Shown piece by piece: positions 33,938-44,260 of a stretch of 50,332 nt of DNA. Source of the stretch: an uncultured Candidatus Poseidoniales archaeon (lineage in GTDB: Archaea > Thermoplasmatota > Poseidoniia > Poseidoniales > Poseidoniaceae); the NCBI GenBank assembly GCA_905182635.1, contig CAJJCM010000033.1, forward strand, positions 1-50,332. Reading direction: 5' to 3'. The position numbers were made by a program, and so were the translations under genes. The notes beneath the pieces were generated by a model. It was given only the letters and a program-made list of their open reading frames with translations. It was not told the DNA's origin and did no database searches. The stretch's first letter is position 1; every line of letters starts with the position of its first letter.

Positions 33938-36900
33938 TTACCAAGCATCGATGACATCGTCGAGGAGTGCAGCATCTAAAACATCCACATCGAGCCTCTT
34001 TTTCTGACCGAGGCCCAAGCGTTTGGCCATTGCTGAACGACCGTCGACGGCACCCATGCCTGCTTTTTCGAGCGTGACGAAAATCGCAGGTAACAGAATC
34101 AATGCACTGGCAGCAGCAACCCAAAGTAGAATCAAAATGACCGTGATGAACGGGGCAATCGCTGGAATCGGAATCTGATACGCTGTTAACATTCCCAAGG
34201 TCGTCACAACCGCAGCTTCGAAAAGTGACATCCCCGTACCAATTGCAGCAGTTCGAATCGCGTCAAGACCACCTCCTAATTCGCGAATACGGTTGGATAT
34301 GTGGATCGAAAAGTCAACACCAACGCCAACTAAAATCGAACCAATCATCACCGTAACAAGAGAGAGGTCAACATCCATCTTCCACATGACTAACCATTGT
34401 AAAGCAACGGTTGCAATGACTGGAGATGTGGTCCAAATCGAATATTTGATGTCTTTGAATACAATGGCGAGGGTGATGAGTGTGAGAATAACTGCAAAAC
34501 CGAGAGAGGTCCATTGTGAACCAACAATCAATTCGTTGACTTCGATGGTCGTCGGCGCTACACCGGTCAAATCAGTTGCATAATCAGTCGGTTCAGTACC
34601 GATGAACTTTGCTGTGAGTTTGTCGACTTGTTCTACACTTGAGATGGTGTCAGCGACCGGAAGATATGGCATATCGACCAAAATTAAACTCCGATCAAAA
34701 TCTTCGCTGATAAAGATTCCACGTGTCTCATCAGTAATCGATGAATAAAACACATTCAAGAGAAAGACTTCACTCTGTCGAGATGCCGGTAGCCCGTAGT
34801 CATCAGGTGAGGTCAACAAATCCCAAAACGATGCGCCCCCCGATACAGAATTGTCCAATAAGACGGATGCTGTATCTTTGATATCTTGAGGCAATCCTGG
34901 AATGCCTTGCACAAATTCACTGCAACCTATACATTCCACAGTTGGAGCAATACCTGACGATTTCATTAAAAACACGATTGAAACTGCAGATGTATCTGGA
35001 ACCTTGTTCAATTCGGATTCTAATATCTCTATTTGCCGCAAATTTTCAGCAGGGTCTTGTTGAGATACTTCGATTGAAGTCTCGCCGGTAAGGTTCGCTT
35101 GGACCAAGACCATACCTAATTGACCTGAATTGAAGTCATTACTGTATTTGATCATGGCGATGACTGAATCCTCATCATCTGGGGCCATTTTTAACATGTC
35201 GATGTTTTCTTTCACATTCGATTGACCGTAGGTTGCTGAAATGAGAATAAGGATTGCGAACAATGCGATTACACCACGATTGTATTTCATGGGGACTTCC
35301 ACAATGTGTACAAACAATTTGAGCGGAGGGTGTTTGGGCTTTCTTAAATCAAGTAAGAGCGTCAAATTTGGAACCATGAACATCGTAAGAATGTAGACGA
35401 CAACAATGCCACCTGAAAGAGCAATTCCGACCGTTTGTATCGGAGCCATTGGCGTAAAGATAAGAGATATAAATCCAATAACGGTCGTCACTGCAGACAA
35501 AAAGACTGCTTTTCCAGTTGAAGAGAGCGCCCCGCGCATTTTCTCTTTTTTCGTCCCCTCTTCCTCCGCATAACGATTGGTGATATGCAAACCGTACGAA
35601 ACTCCGAGTGCGAGTAAAATCGGTCCGACAATAATCACCGTCATTGTCACTTCATAATTTATCCAACCGATAATTCCCAAGGTCCAAAAGACTGCACATA
35701 ATGTTGGTAGTCCCGAAATTATCACTACTTTTAGACCTTGAAGAGGGCGTATTCCTGTGAGCCCAGTTTGTAATACATCGCAGTGGAATACAAACAGTCC
35801 CATTGCAACAAGTACTACGGCGACTGGGAAAATATTCCAAAACATGTCAAATGTTCGTTCTGTAACTGCATTGGTAATTGGAACTGGACCAGTCAAAGTC
35901 ATGGAAAGACCTAAACTTTTCACACCACGGTCTTCCTGTTCTTTCGTGAGTTCTCCCCAAATGCATAGTCCTTCTTCAACAACTGGCTGACCATTCTCAA
36001 ACAGGCATGGTCGTTCCGAAATACTAATGTTGTACAAGTCCGATTCAGTTTGTAGAATAATATCCTTTGCTGAAATTGTATCAGAAACTGCAATGGCCAT
36101 AATCGCTCGGTCCAATACCCCATCGGGTACATCTTCTTTGCCATCAAATATACAGCCTGGTTCGCCGCACGAAATGTCTCTCGCTAATTTATCGAGACCA
36201 GGTGTTGGGCTTCCATTATCTTCATACATCTCATTAATGACGAGATCAATTGCCTGTTGCGAAGGTATTTCATAGCTACCTCCAAGTTGATCATCCGAGA
36301 GTGCTAGAAAATCATTCAAATTCTCTGCAGCCTGTGCAGATGGGCAATCATCTATCCCAAATCCACAACCGAGTTGACCGAGTTCTGTGACGAACGCTTC
36401 TCGAATACGTGGCGCACTTGAGTTCACTTCTTTTAGGACGGTAGAAATGGAAAGAAGGTAGATGACGTCGTCATAAACGATGGGGTCATCTAAAGAACCG
36501 TTCGGATTCTCACATGTAAATGAAGAGATACAAGGATTGAGAACATTTTCAACATAACTAATTTCTTGAAGTATCCGCTGGTCAGTGATATTATAATTTC
36601 CGCCGTTCAATTCAATGTAGACAACCATGACATTGGTCGACCAATCTTCTTCAACCAATTGAAGTAATGTACCAACTTCACTGTTGTCAGGCAGATAGAC
36701 TTCAAGATCACCATTGACGTTTAAATCGGTCTCATTCAGGTCATCGTCAAATTGGGTAAAGTACAAATCAAAGAATCCCGAATGGCTGACAAAGAATGCG
36801 GTAAGCATCAAAAAGAAGACTACGGTTGCAAGAGGGAATCGAGTAATCGCCCCGATTGCTCCCGATTTTTGCCATTCACGCTTGATTCGAACTGGAGCAT

Positions 36901-37240
36901 CTAGCACCGCATCAATGGCACTTTTTGAATTAAAATCTCGGACACGTGCAGAAAGGTCGATTGCTCGAGATTGTACTTGGGATGAACCTGAGTGTCTCAT
37001 GCTTGCGAGTCGCAAGCCCACACCTTTCTTCTTGGATTCTTTCGAACCTGATGCCGAGGCGCCTTCGGATTCCAAAATTGCTGACTTTGGAGAGGATTTA
37101 TTTTGACGACCCTCGACCAAGATACTCTCCCCTAATTCAATGTGAGTGCTGGGCCTTCTAATGATTACCGATGGTTTGAGTTCTAATTGCCAGTATTGTA
37201 AACATGTTGGCGAGCAGCATTGTTTGTCCGTTGGGTTCAA
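33938..37240 (-). CDS. MMPL/RND-superfamily membrane transporter (two 5-6 TM bundles separated by large extracytoplasmic domains)
   Basis: There are two hydrophobic clusters (~aa 470-640 and ~aa 920-1070) with RND-like motifs (GLHITNRYAEE, GVDFSIHISNRIRE). The distal start is TTG. ATG 37000 (MRHSGSS) is an alternative that would leave a ~300-nt spacer to valS. Confidence 0.6.
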   Translation of the reverse strand: MNPTDKQCCSPTCLQYWQLELKPSVIIRRPSTHIELGESILVEGRQNKSSPKSAILESEGASASGSKESKKKGVGLRLASMRHSGSSQVQSRAIDLSARVRDFNSKSAIDAVLDAPVRIKREWQKSGAIGAITRFPLATVVFFLMLTAFFVSHSGFFDLYFTQFDDDLNETDLNVNGDLEVYLPDNSEVGTLLQLVEEDWSTNVMVVYIELNGGNYNITDQRILQEISYVENVLNPCISSFTCENPNGSLDDPIVYDDVIYLLSISTVLKEVNSSAPRIREAFVTELGQLGCGFGIDDCPSAQAAENLNDFLALSDDQLGGSYEIPSQQAIDLVINEMYEDNGSPTPGLDKLARDISCGEPGCIFDGKEDVPDGVLDRAIMAIAVSDTISAKDIILQTESDLYNISISERPCLFENGQPVVEEGLCIWGELTKEQEDRGVKSLGLSMTLTGPVPITNAVTERTFDMFWNIFPVAVVLVAMGLFVFHCDVLQTGLTGIRPLQGLKVVIISGLPTLCAVFWTLGIIGWINYEVTMTVIIVGPILLALGVSYGLHITNRYAEEEGTKKEKMRGALSSTGKAVFLSAVTTVIGFISLIFTPMAPIQTVGIALSGGIVVVYILTMFMVPNLTLLLDLRKPKHPPLKLFVHIVEVPMKYNRGVIALFAILILISATYGQSNVKENIDMLKMAPDDEDSVIAMIKYSNDFNSGQLGMVLVQANLTGETSIEVSQQDPAENLRQIEILESELNKVPDTSAVSIVFLMKSSGIAPTVECIGCSEFVQGIPGLPQDIKDTASVLLDNSVSGGASFWDLLTSPDDYGLPASRQSEVFLLNVFYSSITDETRGIFISEDFDRSLILVDMPYLPVADTISSVEQVDKLTAKFIGTEPTDYATDLTGVAPTTIEVNELIVGSQWTSLGFAVILTLITLAIVFKDIKYSIWTTSPVIATVALQWLVMWKMDVDLSLVTVMIGSILVGVGVDFSIHISNRIRELGGGLDAIRTAAIGTGMSLFEAAVVTTLGMLTAYQIPIPAIAPFITVILILLWVAAASALILLPAIFVTLEKAGMGAVDGRSAMAKRLGLGQKKRLDVDVLDAALLDDVIDAW

Positions 37241-37304
37241 AGGTGAACCGTCACAGCGCTGTTTGGACCCGCATCGTTCATGTGTGTGGGGCTAGGTGAG
37301 GCAC

Positions 37305-39797
37305 ATGTCAGCCCCTGTATTAAACGACAAACGATGGTCTATCGACCTAGAAAAGCGTATTCAAGAAGCCCATTCGGAAGACCCCATATCCTATTCCAAA
37401 AGATATGCGTTCAATCCTGACAGCGGTAAGGAAATCTTCGTCATTGATACGCCACCACCTTATCCATCTGGAACTTGGCATATAGGTGCTGTCGCCCAAT
37501 ATTCAATGATTGACGTCATTGCCCGTTCGCAGCGACTGCTTGGTAAGGAAGTGTATTTTCCTTGGGGCGTCGATCGGAACGGTATCAATATCGAATTTAC
37601 CGTTGAGAAGAACACCAAACGGAAAATGAAAACGTATGACCGAGCAGAATTTTTGAAACTCTGTGAAGAAACTATTGAGACATTTACCCAAGCCATGCGA
37701 AAAACTGCACGAAGGGTCGGCCTTTCATGTGATTATGACCGCGAATACCTCACGGACTCACCTGCCTATCGCACAGTTACACAATCAATTTTCATTGAAC
37801 TTTTCAAGAAAGGTGCAATCATCGAAGATTTACGACCTAATATTTACGACCCCGTAGAAGGAACGACTATTGCCGATGCTGAAGTTGAACGCCTCACAAG
37901 GAAAACACGTCTTGTCGATGTGTCATGGACCTGTGACGATGGTACTGAACTTGTTATTTCCACAACTCGGCCTGAATTAATATGTGCTTGTGGTGTTGTG
38001 GTTGTTCATCCAGATGACCAACGCTATACGCACCTCATTGGAAAAACCATTCAACTCCCACTCCCAGTCGAAGGACGCAGCACTTCGGTTGAAATCAAAA
38101 CGCATGCTTCGGTTAAATCTGATTTCGGTTCAGGGGTATTGATGGTCTGTTCATTTGGAGACCAAAATGACGTAGCTGTATTCCGTGACCTCGGACTCAC
38201 TCCATTTCAGGCCATTAATTTGGAAGGTAAACTCACAGACTTGGCTGGACCATTTGCTGGTATGAAAGTCATTGAAGCACGTAATGCCGCCATTGAATAT
38301 CTCGAACAACAGGGTACGTTGGTCAACATTGTTGAGCGTGACCAAGAAATACCAGTTTCGGAACGTGGAAAGAATCCAGTTGAAATTATTTTGCTTAAAG
38401 AGTGGTACGTTCGACAAACTCATGCTCAAGATAGAATGAGGGAACACATCGAAGAAATCGAGTTCCACCCACCTCGTAACAAACAATTCTTGCTCGATTG
38501 GATGGACAATATTAGTATTGATTGGCCGATATCTCGACGTCGTTGGTACCATACTGAAATTCCGATTTGGTACAGTGAAGATGAAAGCAAAATCATCATC
38601 CCTCCGATTGGAACTTATGTTCAACCATGGTGCCAATCACCGCCAGAGGGCAGTCAAGTTTTGGCAAGAGATTCCCGTCAAGAACTTGGCTCCTTTGAAT
38701 CGATGAAAGATGAACTTGGCGTTATTGTCGGCGAAGAGAAGGTCTTCGATACTTGGATGGATTCATCCAATTCTAATCTCTTTGTAAGCGGCTATCTCAA
38801 TCAGCCCGAAGTGTTTGCAAAGGCCTTCCCTACTGCACTTCGACCACAAGGAAAAGAGATTGTTCGAACATGGCTGTACTATACGCTTCTCAAATCAAAT
38901 CTTTTACTCGACAAGCCTGGGTTCAAGCATGTTTGGATCGATGGTTTAGGAATGGACCCTTGGGGTCGCAAAATGAGTAAATCACTCGGCAATGGAATCG
39001 ATGCTGATTCCGTCCTTGAATGCGGAGCAGGTGGCCGAACTGGTTCTTGGAAAGTGAAAGGGCCAGAAAAGACTGTGAGCCTTCGAGCCAATAAAATCGG
39101 AAGTGAATGTTTCCGACTTTGGAAAGCATGCGATGCTCAAGTTGGTGATGATTTCCATATTAACCCGGAAGAAATTGAAAAGAAATACTTTGGTGTATTA
39201 ACCAAATTGTTCAATGTTGCCCGTTTTGCTTCTCAATTTGAGATTCCGGATGACCTCGAAACTGCTCCGGATAATTTGGCAATTGAAGACAAATGGATTT
39301 TGGCTGAATTTAATGAAACGATGGATACGGTCAAAACCGCTTGGGAAAATATCGATATCTATACGGCTACGCAAGCTCTCAAAACGTTTGGAACTGGAAT
39401 CCTACCGAGTCATTATCTGGAAATGGTGAAATCACGCCTTTATGATGACGATATGGCTGCTTCATGGACACTTCATCGTATTGTTCGTGACTTTATGTCT
39501 GCATTTACACCGGTCTGCCCGTTCTTCACCCATCATATATCCGAAAGTATCTATGGGAAGTCGGCGGTCGAAGTCGACGCATTTCCTGCCTCTGCTGACC
39601 CTTCTGTTCACTTAGGAACAGATGAAGGCGACCGTTTGCGAACTCTTTCGGCTGCTGTTCAATCCTTTAATGGCGATACTTGGAACTCCAAGAAAGAGCA
39701 AGGGATTTCGTTGAATCAACCCGTCACAGGTATAGAAATCCCAGAACAACTGCAGGATTTTACGGCGATTCTCACACGTATGCATCATTTGGAATGA
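37305..39797 (+). CDS. valS: Valyl-tRNA synthetase
   Basis: IDTPPPYPSGTWHIGAV (HIGH-region), ISTTRPELICACGVVVVHPDDQRY (ValRS editing-domain signature TTRPE...HP.D.RY), DWPISRRRW and KMSKSLGN are present. ATG 37305 was chosen over GTG 37296. Confidence 0.8.
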   Translation: MSAPVLNDKRWSIDLEKRIQEAHSEDPISYSKRYAFNPDSGKEIFVIDTPPPYPSGTWHIGAVAQYSMIDVIARSQRLLGKEVYFPWGVDRNGINIEFTVEKNTKRKMKTYDRAEFLKLCEETIETFTQAMRKTARRVGLSCDYDREYLTDSPAYRTVTQSIFIELFKKGAIIEDLRPNIYDPVEGTTIADAEVERLTRKTRLVDVSWTCDDGTELVISTTRPELICACGVVVVHPDDQRYTHLIGKTIQLPLPVEGRSTSVEIKTHASVKSDFGSGVLMVCSFGDQNDVAVFRDLGLTPFQAINLEGKLTDLAGPFAGMKVIEARNAAIEYLEQQGTLVNIVERDQEIPVSERGKNPVEIILLKEWYVRQTHAQDRMREHIEEIEFHPPRNKQFLLDWMDNISIDWPISRRRWYHTEIPIWYSEDESKIIIPPIGTYVQPWCQSPPEGSQVLARDSRQELGSFESMKDELGVIVGEEKVFDTWMDSSNSNLFVSGYLNQPEVFAKAFPTALRPQGKEIVRTWLYYTLLKSNLLLDKPGFKHVWIDGLGMDPWGRKMSKSLGNGIDADSVLECGAGGRTGSWKVKGPEKTVSLRANKIGSECFRLWKACDAQVGDDFHINPEEIEKKYFGVLTKLFNVARFASQFEIPDDLETAPDNLAIEDKWILAEFNETMDTVKTAWENIDIYTATQALKTFGTGILPSHYLEMVKSRLYDDDMAASWTLHRIVRDFMSAFTPVCPFFTHHISESIYGKSAVEVDAFPASADPSVHLGTDEGDRLRTLSAAVQSFNGDTWNSKKEQGISLNQPVTGIEIPEQLQDFTAILTRMHHLE

Positions 39798-41126
39798 TTA
39801 CTCTTCTTCACGAAGAAGAAGCATTGCTTGTCGTGTTGGTGGCATATCCAACTGTCCAAGCCGGAAGCCAACTAAGCGCAATCCTCGATTGTGCTGGACA
39901 TTGGTCGCAAAAAGGTGTTCAGCCAAACGAAGAAAGATGTCAGGTTCGTCCATTGCAACTGGAATTGAACGGCCATGTGTATGCGTTTCGAAACCTGTAT
40001 ATCGAATCTTTACCTCCGCTAAGCGCCCAGAAATACCCATTTCTTTCGAACGTTTCAGCACACGTTGTGTAAGTGAACGGAGCACATCGAGAACCGCTTC
40101 ATGGTCAGTTTGGTCTGATGAAAAGGTTCGTTCTTTGCCAATTGATTTGCGGCTACGAAGTTGGCTCACTTCAGAACTTGTAGTCCCATCGACAACACGC
40201 GTCAACCATCCGGCAAATCGTTCACCAGCCATTCGCCCTAAGGCCAGTTCTCCCAGAACATAGGCTTCATCGACCGTCATAAAACCCCATTCAGCGAGTT
40301 GTGTGGCCCTTTTAGGTCCAATCCCGGGAACTTCTCGTAATGACCGGCCTTCGAAAAATTCAGCGATTTCATCAGGTAAAATTCGAAAGATTCCTTTGGG
40401 TTTGTTTACTTCGCTTGACATTTTTGCAAGAATACGCGTCGGTGCAATTCCAAACGAGGCGGTAAGTCCGACGTTCTGTTCGATGGAATCCTGAAGTGTT
40501 CGGCACAACGCATATGCAGCATCCCAGTCACCTCCAACATGTTCGGTGATATCCAAATAGGCTTCGTCTATACTCGCCTTTTCGAAAAATTCTGCTGGCT
40601 CTTTGAGTATCTGCATGACTTGGCGAGAAGCACGACTGTAGAGTCCGCGACTGCCTCGGATGTAATGCCCGGGACCGAATGGATGGCCTGGACAACGGCG
40701 CCAGGCTTCACTGACAGGCATAGCGGAATGGATGCCAAATGCCCGAGCTGCATAATTACAGGTTGAAACAATACCACGCCCTCTTCCACCTTGTGGGTCA
40801 GAACCGATAATCAGAGGCTTTTCGGGGTCAAGGTCGTGATGGAGTATTTCGACAGCAGCAAAAAAAGCATCAAGGTCACAATGAACGAGAATGCGCTCTT
40901 TGGAGGAATATATCGAACCTTGTGAACGGGGTTCATGTTCTTCCGACATGTGTTGAGAATGTTGTCCGCGGTGTTTGAAGTTGATGTATTCTTCACAAAT
41001 ATGAATCTCAAGGGTCGGGGTGAGATAAACCAATTTTTCGAGTGCTTTGAATTCCATTGGTAGATCTTCAAGAGGCTGCGAAAAAAGATGTTCGAGGGGT
41101 TGTGTGTGAAGTGATAAAAGACGCAT
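39798..41126 (-). CDS. dinB: Y-family DNA polymerase (DinB/Dpo4-like)
   Basis: ILVHCDLDAFFAAVE, ASIDEAYLDIT and FGIAPTRILAKMSS are present, with the HhH motif LREVPGIGPKRATQL. The conserved core begins ~60 codons after the first ATG. ATG 40949 is an alternative start. Confidence 0.8.
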   Translation of the reverse strand: MRLLSLHTQPLEHLFSQPLEDLPMEFKALEKLVYLTPTLEIHICEEYINFKHRGQHSQHMSEEHEPRSQGSIYSSKERILVHCDLDAFFAAVEILHHDLDPEKPLIIGSDPQGGRGRGIVSTCNYAARAFGIHSAMPVSEAWRRCPGHPFGPGHYIRGSRGLYSRASRQVMQILKEPAEFFEKASIDEAYLDITEHVGGDWDAAYALCRTLQDSIEQNVGLTASFGIAPTRILAKMSSEVNKPKGIFRILPDEIAEFFEGRSLREVPGIGPKRATQLAEWGFMTVDEAYVLGELALGRMAGERFAGWLTRVVDGTTSSEVSQLRSRKSIGKERTFSSDQTDHEAVLDVLRSLTQRVLKRSKEMGISGRLAEVKIRYTGFETHTHGRSIPVAMDEPDIFLRLAEHLFATNVQHNRGLRLVGFRLGQLDMPPTRQAMLLLREEE

Positions 41127-41192
41127 ATCCTCGCTTTTGCGCGTATGGACATCTATGTTTCATATGACCCACTGTGGAGAGAAGTGAAAGTG

Positions 41193-42218
41193 TCACTTGA
41201 GTAAATGTGAATTGACTGTCGTTTCTGCTTGCTTACCATCAAGCACAGTCATGATAGCATGGGCGATGTCACGACCAACCCGTGCCTGTGCCTCAAGCGT
41301 TGCTGCACCAATATGTGGAGTGCCATGGAAGTTCGGGTGTTGAACAAGTTTGTTCCCGGGTAGGACAGGTTCTTGCTCAAACACATCTAAAGCAGCAGTA
41401 GCCACTTTTCCTGAATTGAGGGCGTCCAACAACGCCTCTTCATCGATGATTCCCCCTCGTGCACAATTGACAATATGATTGCCACAGGCGATACCATCGA
41501 GAGATTTTCCTGGCATGAGAGCAATACGTTCTGCATTGACCAAATGATGAGTTTCATCGTTGTAGTTGCAATGAATCGAAATGTGTGTACATGTTTGAAA
41601 CAATGTGTCAACGTTCTTGTGCAAAGTGGTGTTTTGGGCTTTGGCGACTTTCGCTGGGAGATACGGGTCGTATGTATGTATCTCCATTCCAATTAATTGG
41701 GCAAGAGACGCCACACCCTGTGCAATGCGGCCAAAGCCAATCAAACCGAGGTTCTTACCGAACAGTTCAGTTCCAGCCATCGATTTCTTCTGCCATTTTT
41801 CTTGGCGCATACCACGGTCAGCACGTGGGATATGGCGGAGACTGGAGAGTAAATGCCCCATTGTGAGTTCAATGACTGATTGTGTCGAAGCACGAGGTGC
41901 ATTGACGACAGGAATTCCTGCGCCAGCAGCAGCCACGATGTCAATATTGTCAACTCCAACGCCTGCCCGTCCAATCACCTTCAATCGGTCACCCGATTTA
42001 GCAAGAACATCACTTGGAAGTTTCGTGGCACTTCGGACAATAATGGCGTCGAAATCAGAAAGAGCACCCGCCAACAATTTATCGTTCTCGATGAAGCCGA
42101 GAACGACTTCATGCCCCGCTTTTTCCAACAAAACTACTGCATCTTGCGCCATACCGTCAGTAACAGCAATTCTCGCCATAACCAATGGTTTCTCATCAAG
42201 GCCATCAACCTTAGCCAA
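41193..42218 (-). CDS. D-isomer-specific 2-hydroxyacid dehydrogenase, SerA (3-phosphoglycerate dehydrogenase)-like, no ACT domain
   Basis: The NAD fingerprint is LGLIGFGRIAQGVA, with VINCARGGIIDEEAL, and HPNFHGTPHIGA carries the catalytic His. ATG 42179 (MARIAV) is a plausible alternative start. Confidence 0.7.
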   Translation of the reverse strand: MAKVDGLDEKPLVMARIAVTDGMAQDAVVLLEKAGHEVVLGFIENDKLLAGALSDFDAIIVRSATKLPSDVLAKSGDRLKVIGRAGVGVDNIDIVAAAGAGIPVVNAPRASTQSVIELTMGHLLSSLRHIPRADRGMRQEKWQKKSMAGTELFGKNLGLIGFGRIAQGVASLAQLIGMEIHTYDPYLPAKVAKAQNTTLHKNVDTLFQTCTHISIHCNYNDETHHLVNAERIALMPGKSLDGIACGNHIVNCARGGIIDEEALLDALNSGKVATAALDVFEQEPVLPGNKLVQHPNFHGTPHIGAATLEAQARVGRDIAHAIMTVLDGKQAETTVNSHLLK

Positions 42219-42277
42219 TCGAATGCTATGAACCCGATGTTTGAAACCCTCCAGCCATGTGGGGGAGTTGATACAAC

Positions 42278-43423
42278 ATGACTACAGTTGACTCAAGTGC
42301 ATTGATATGGGCAGCGGGCTTGCTGTCAATACCATTGTTACTCGCATTACCAATGCGGCTGGGGTGGAAATTGTTTATTGGTGTTGGTCACGAAGCATCA
42401 CAATATCGAAATACAGTCTTGCAAATCATTGACGCAGGCCGTCAGGTCGCACCGTTTCGGGCAACTCTGGATGATGTTGCTCGTAGCCTCCATATTCGAC
42501 CAAGCCATCAGCGGGTCATCGAAGCAGACCTCTTTCATCCATTGACCTTGTCGCATTTTCTCTTATTACCTGCAATCATTATATTCCCATTGGCTGTGAT
42601 TATGGCGCTCCCTGTCATCTTGATTGGTTTTCCAGTTCTGTTGATCATCGAATATATTTTTATCCGTAAGGAGATGCTTGTTCGAGGTTTGAAAGCCATT
42701 GAAAAAATGATGCACTGGCAAATTATTCACATTCCAAAACCTCATCGAGGATTGGAAGAGGATAAAGCAAAAATGAATGAATTCTCCCAACATGTCATTC
42801 ACTTCAATCATGTTCCGCAAGGTGCTTTCTTGGGGCTTTTTGCATGGCTCATGGTTCACTGGACTTTTAATTTCGATTCATTTGGGTTCGAAATCTTATT
42901 TTCTACCGGCCTGTACATCATCCTACTCGGAACATTAGGTGTGCTCAATGCAGCATTTGAATCCGATCTCGTTTTTGTTGATCCGTCAAAAGGTCGCTTA
43001 GTTCCCGTTGACCAATGGCTGGAAAGTATTCTCAAGCCACTTGTTGGAATTGGTTTACTGTTCCTGATTGTACGGAATTTACTCGATGAAGCAAGGGATG
43101 GAAACGCAGAGTTATTCGCACTCAAAGTACTCACTTTGCTGTATGGTGCAGCAGTTGTTGGAATCGCTTTCAGATGGGGCTACTCTATCTGGAGAGGGTC
43201 GCATGTTCGAGACGAGTTTGGAGAACAAGTGATAGAATCACTCAATCCACTCTCCTATGATTTAACTCGCAGCAAGGGGCGTATCGAATTCCACGTCCGG
43301 ATGGTTATGAAAGAGCGGCTGAACACATTGAATGAAGCATCGATTAAACAACTCAGCTTTGCTGACTTACAAGACCTTCCAGCGAGTGAAAACCGAGGTA
43401 AAATCCCCGACAATCCACTCTAG
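42278..43423 (+). CDS. Hypothetical polytopic membrane protein
   Basis: Multiple hydrophobic segments are present (ALIWAAGLLSIPLLLALP, LLLPAIIIFPLAVIMALPVILIGFPVLLII, FLGLFAWLMVHW, LYIILLGTLGVL, LVGIGLLFLIV, LLYGAAVVGIAF). No family was recognised. Confidence 0.45.
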   Translation: MTTVDSSALIWAAGLLSIPLLLALPMRLGWKLFIGVGHEASQYRNTVLQIIDAGRQVAPFRATLDDVARSLHIRPSHQRVIEADLFHPLTLSHFLLLPAIIIFPLAVIMALPVILIGFPVLLIIEYIFIRKEMLVRGLKAIEKMMHWQIIHIPKPHRGLEEDKAKMNEFSQHVIHFNHVPQGAFLGLFAWLMVHWTFNFDSFGFEILFSTGLYIILLGTLGVLNAAFESDLVFVDPSKGRLVPVDQWLESILKPLVGIGLLFLIVRNLLDEARDGNAELFALKVLTLLYGAAVVGIAFRWGYSIWRGSHVRDEFGEQVIESLNPLSYDLTRSKGRIEFHVRMVMKERLNTLNEASIKQLSFADLQDLPASENRGKIPDNPL

Positions 43424-43452
43424 TCAAACAGATTCTCATCGATGAATTCTAC

Positions 43453-44163
43453 TTATTCCAGCCAAGGAATAACGTCGGGAATTTCTGCAAAGAGGTTCGC
43501 AGGAAGGGCTGTTTTGATTTTCGATACCGAGCCTAAACCCGCTGTCACTTTCATCTGCCATGCTTCAAATTCCTCAAACGAAGTCATGGTGAGAACAGGG
43601 TTATTGATACGATTCCAATCAAGAGTTTGCATGGTGGTTCCTGGTGGGTCATGTCCTGTACAAACTACAAGTTCACCATCAAGAGATTTCAGTGTGTTGA
43701 GAGATTCCCAGTGCGAGAGCAATCGGCCACTCGGCAAGTCATCCCGGCCGACACCGCCTTGACCTGTAAAGAGGAAGTCACCAGTAAGCAAATGTGTAGG
43801 GGTTTCAATGAGCACATGGTCATCGGTATGGCCTGGTACGTGATGAATCTTCAATGGTGTCGAACCAAGCATCAGAGTTTCTCCTTCATGGAGATAATGT
43901 GAGACATTCAAACATGCTGTATCCTTCCACATCACATACGCACATCCTGTTTTATCTCGGAGTAAATTACATGCAGAAATATGGTCGGCATGCGTGTGTG
44001 TGGCAATAGCGTATTGGAGTGTAAGACCACGAGATTCGATGAGCGTGAGATATTCACTCAGGAAGTCGTACACAGGGTCGATTAATGCTGCATTCTTCGA
44101 ATCTGAATCGACCAACAAATAGGTTTTAGCCCAGCCCGAAAGGTTGAGTTGTTCGAAGTTCAT
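43453..44163 (-). CDS. Metallo-beta-lactamase-fold hydrolase (glyoxalase II / persulfide dioxygenase-like)
   Basis: AIATHTHADHISA (HxHxDH), HVPGHTDDH and TGDFLF are present. ATG 44163 (MNFEQL) was chosen over the distal 44202 start. Confidence 0.7.
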   Translation of the reverse strand: MNFEQLNLSGWAKTYLLVDSDSKNAALIDPVYDFLSEYLTLIESRGLTLQYAIATHTHADHISACNLLRDKTGCAYVMWKDTACLNVSHYLHEGETLMLGSTPLKIHHVPGHTDDHVLIETPTHLLTGDFLFTGQGGVGRDDLPSGRLLSHWESLNTLKSLDGELVVCTGHDPPGTTMQTLDWNRINNPVLTMTSFEEFEAWQMKVTAGLGSVSKIKTALPANLFAEIPDVIPWLE

Positions 44164-44260
44164 AATGGAGGGATTGGGCACATGTACTTGAAGAACACCC
44201 ATTTCATTTCGGGATTTGCATCATACGAGCATTGATGAAACATGGGGAGAACCGAACCCC

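Noticed and set aside
41605-42231. 208-aa ORF on the plus strand
   Set aside because: It is antisense shadow of the well-supported SerA-like dehydrogenase gene. Its composition is Ser/Arg/Pro/Ala-rich and low-complexity, with no motifs.
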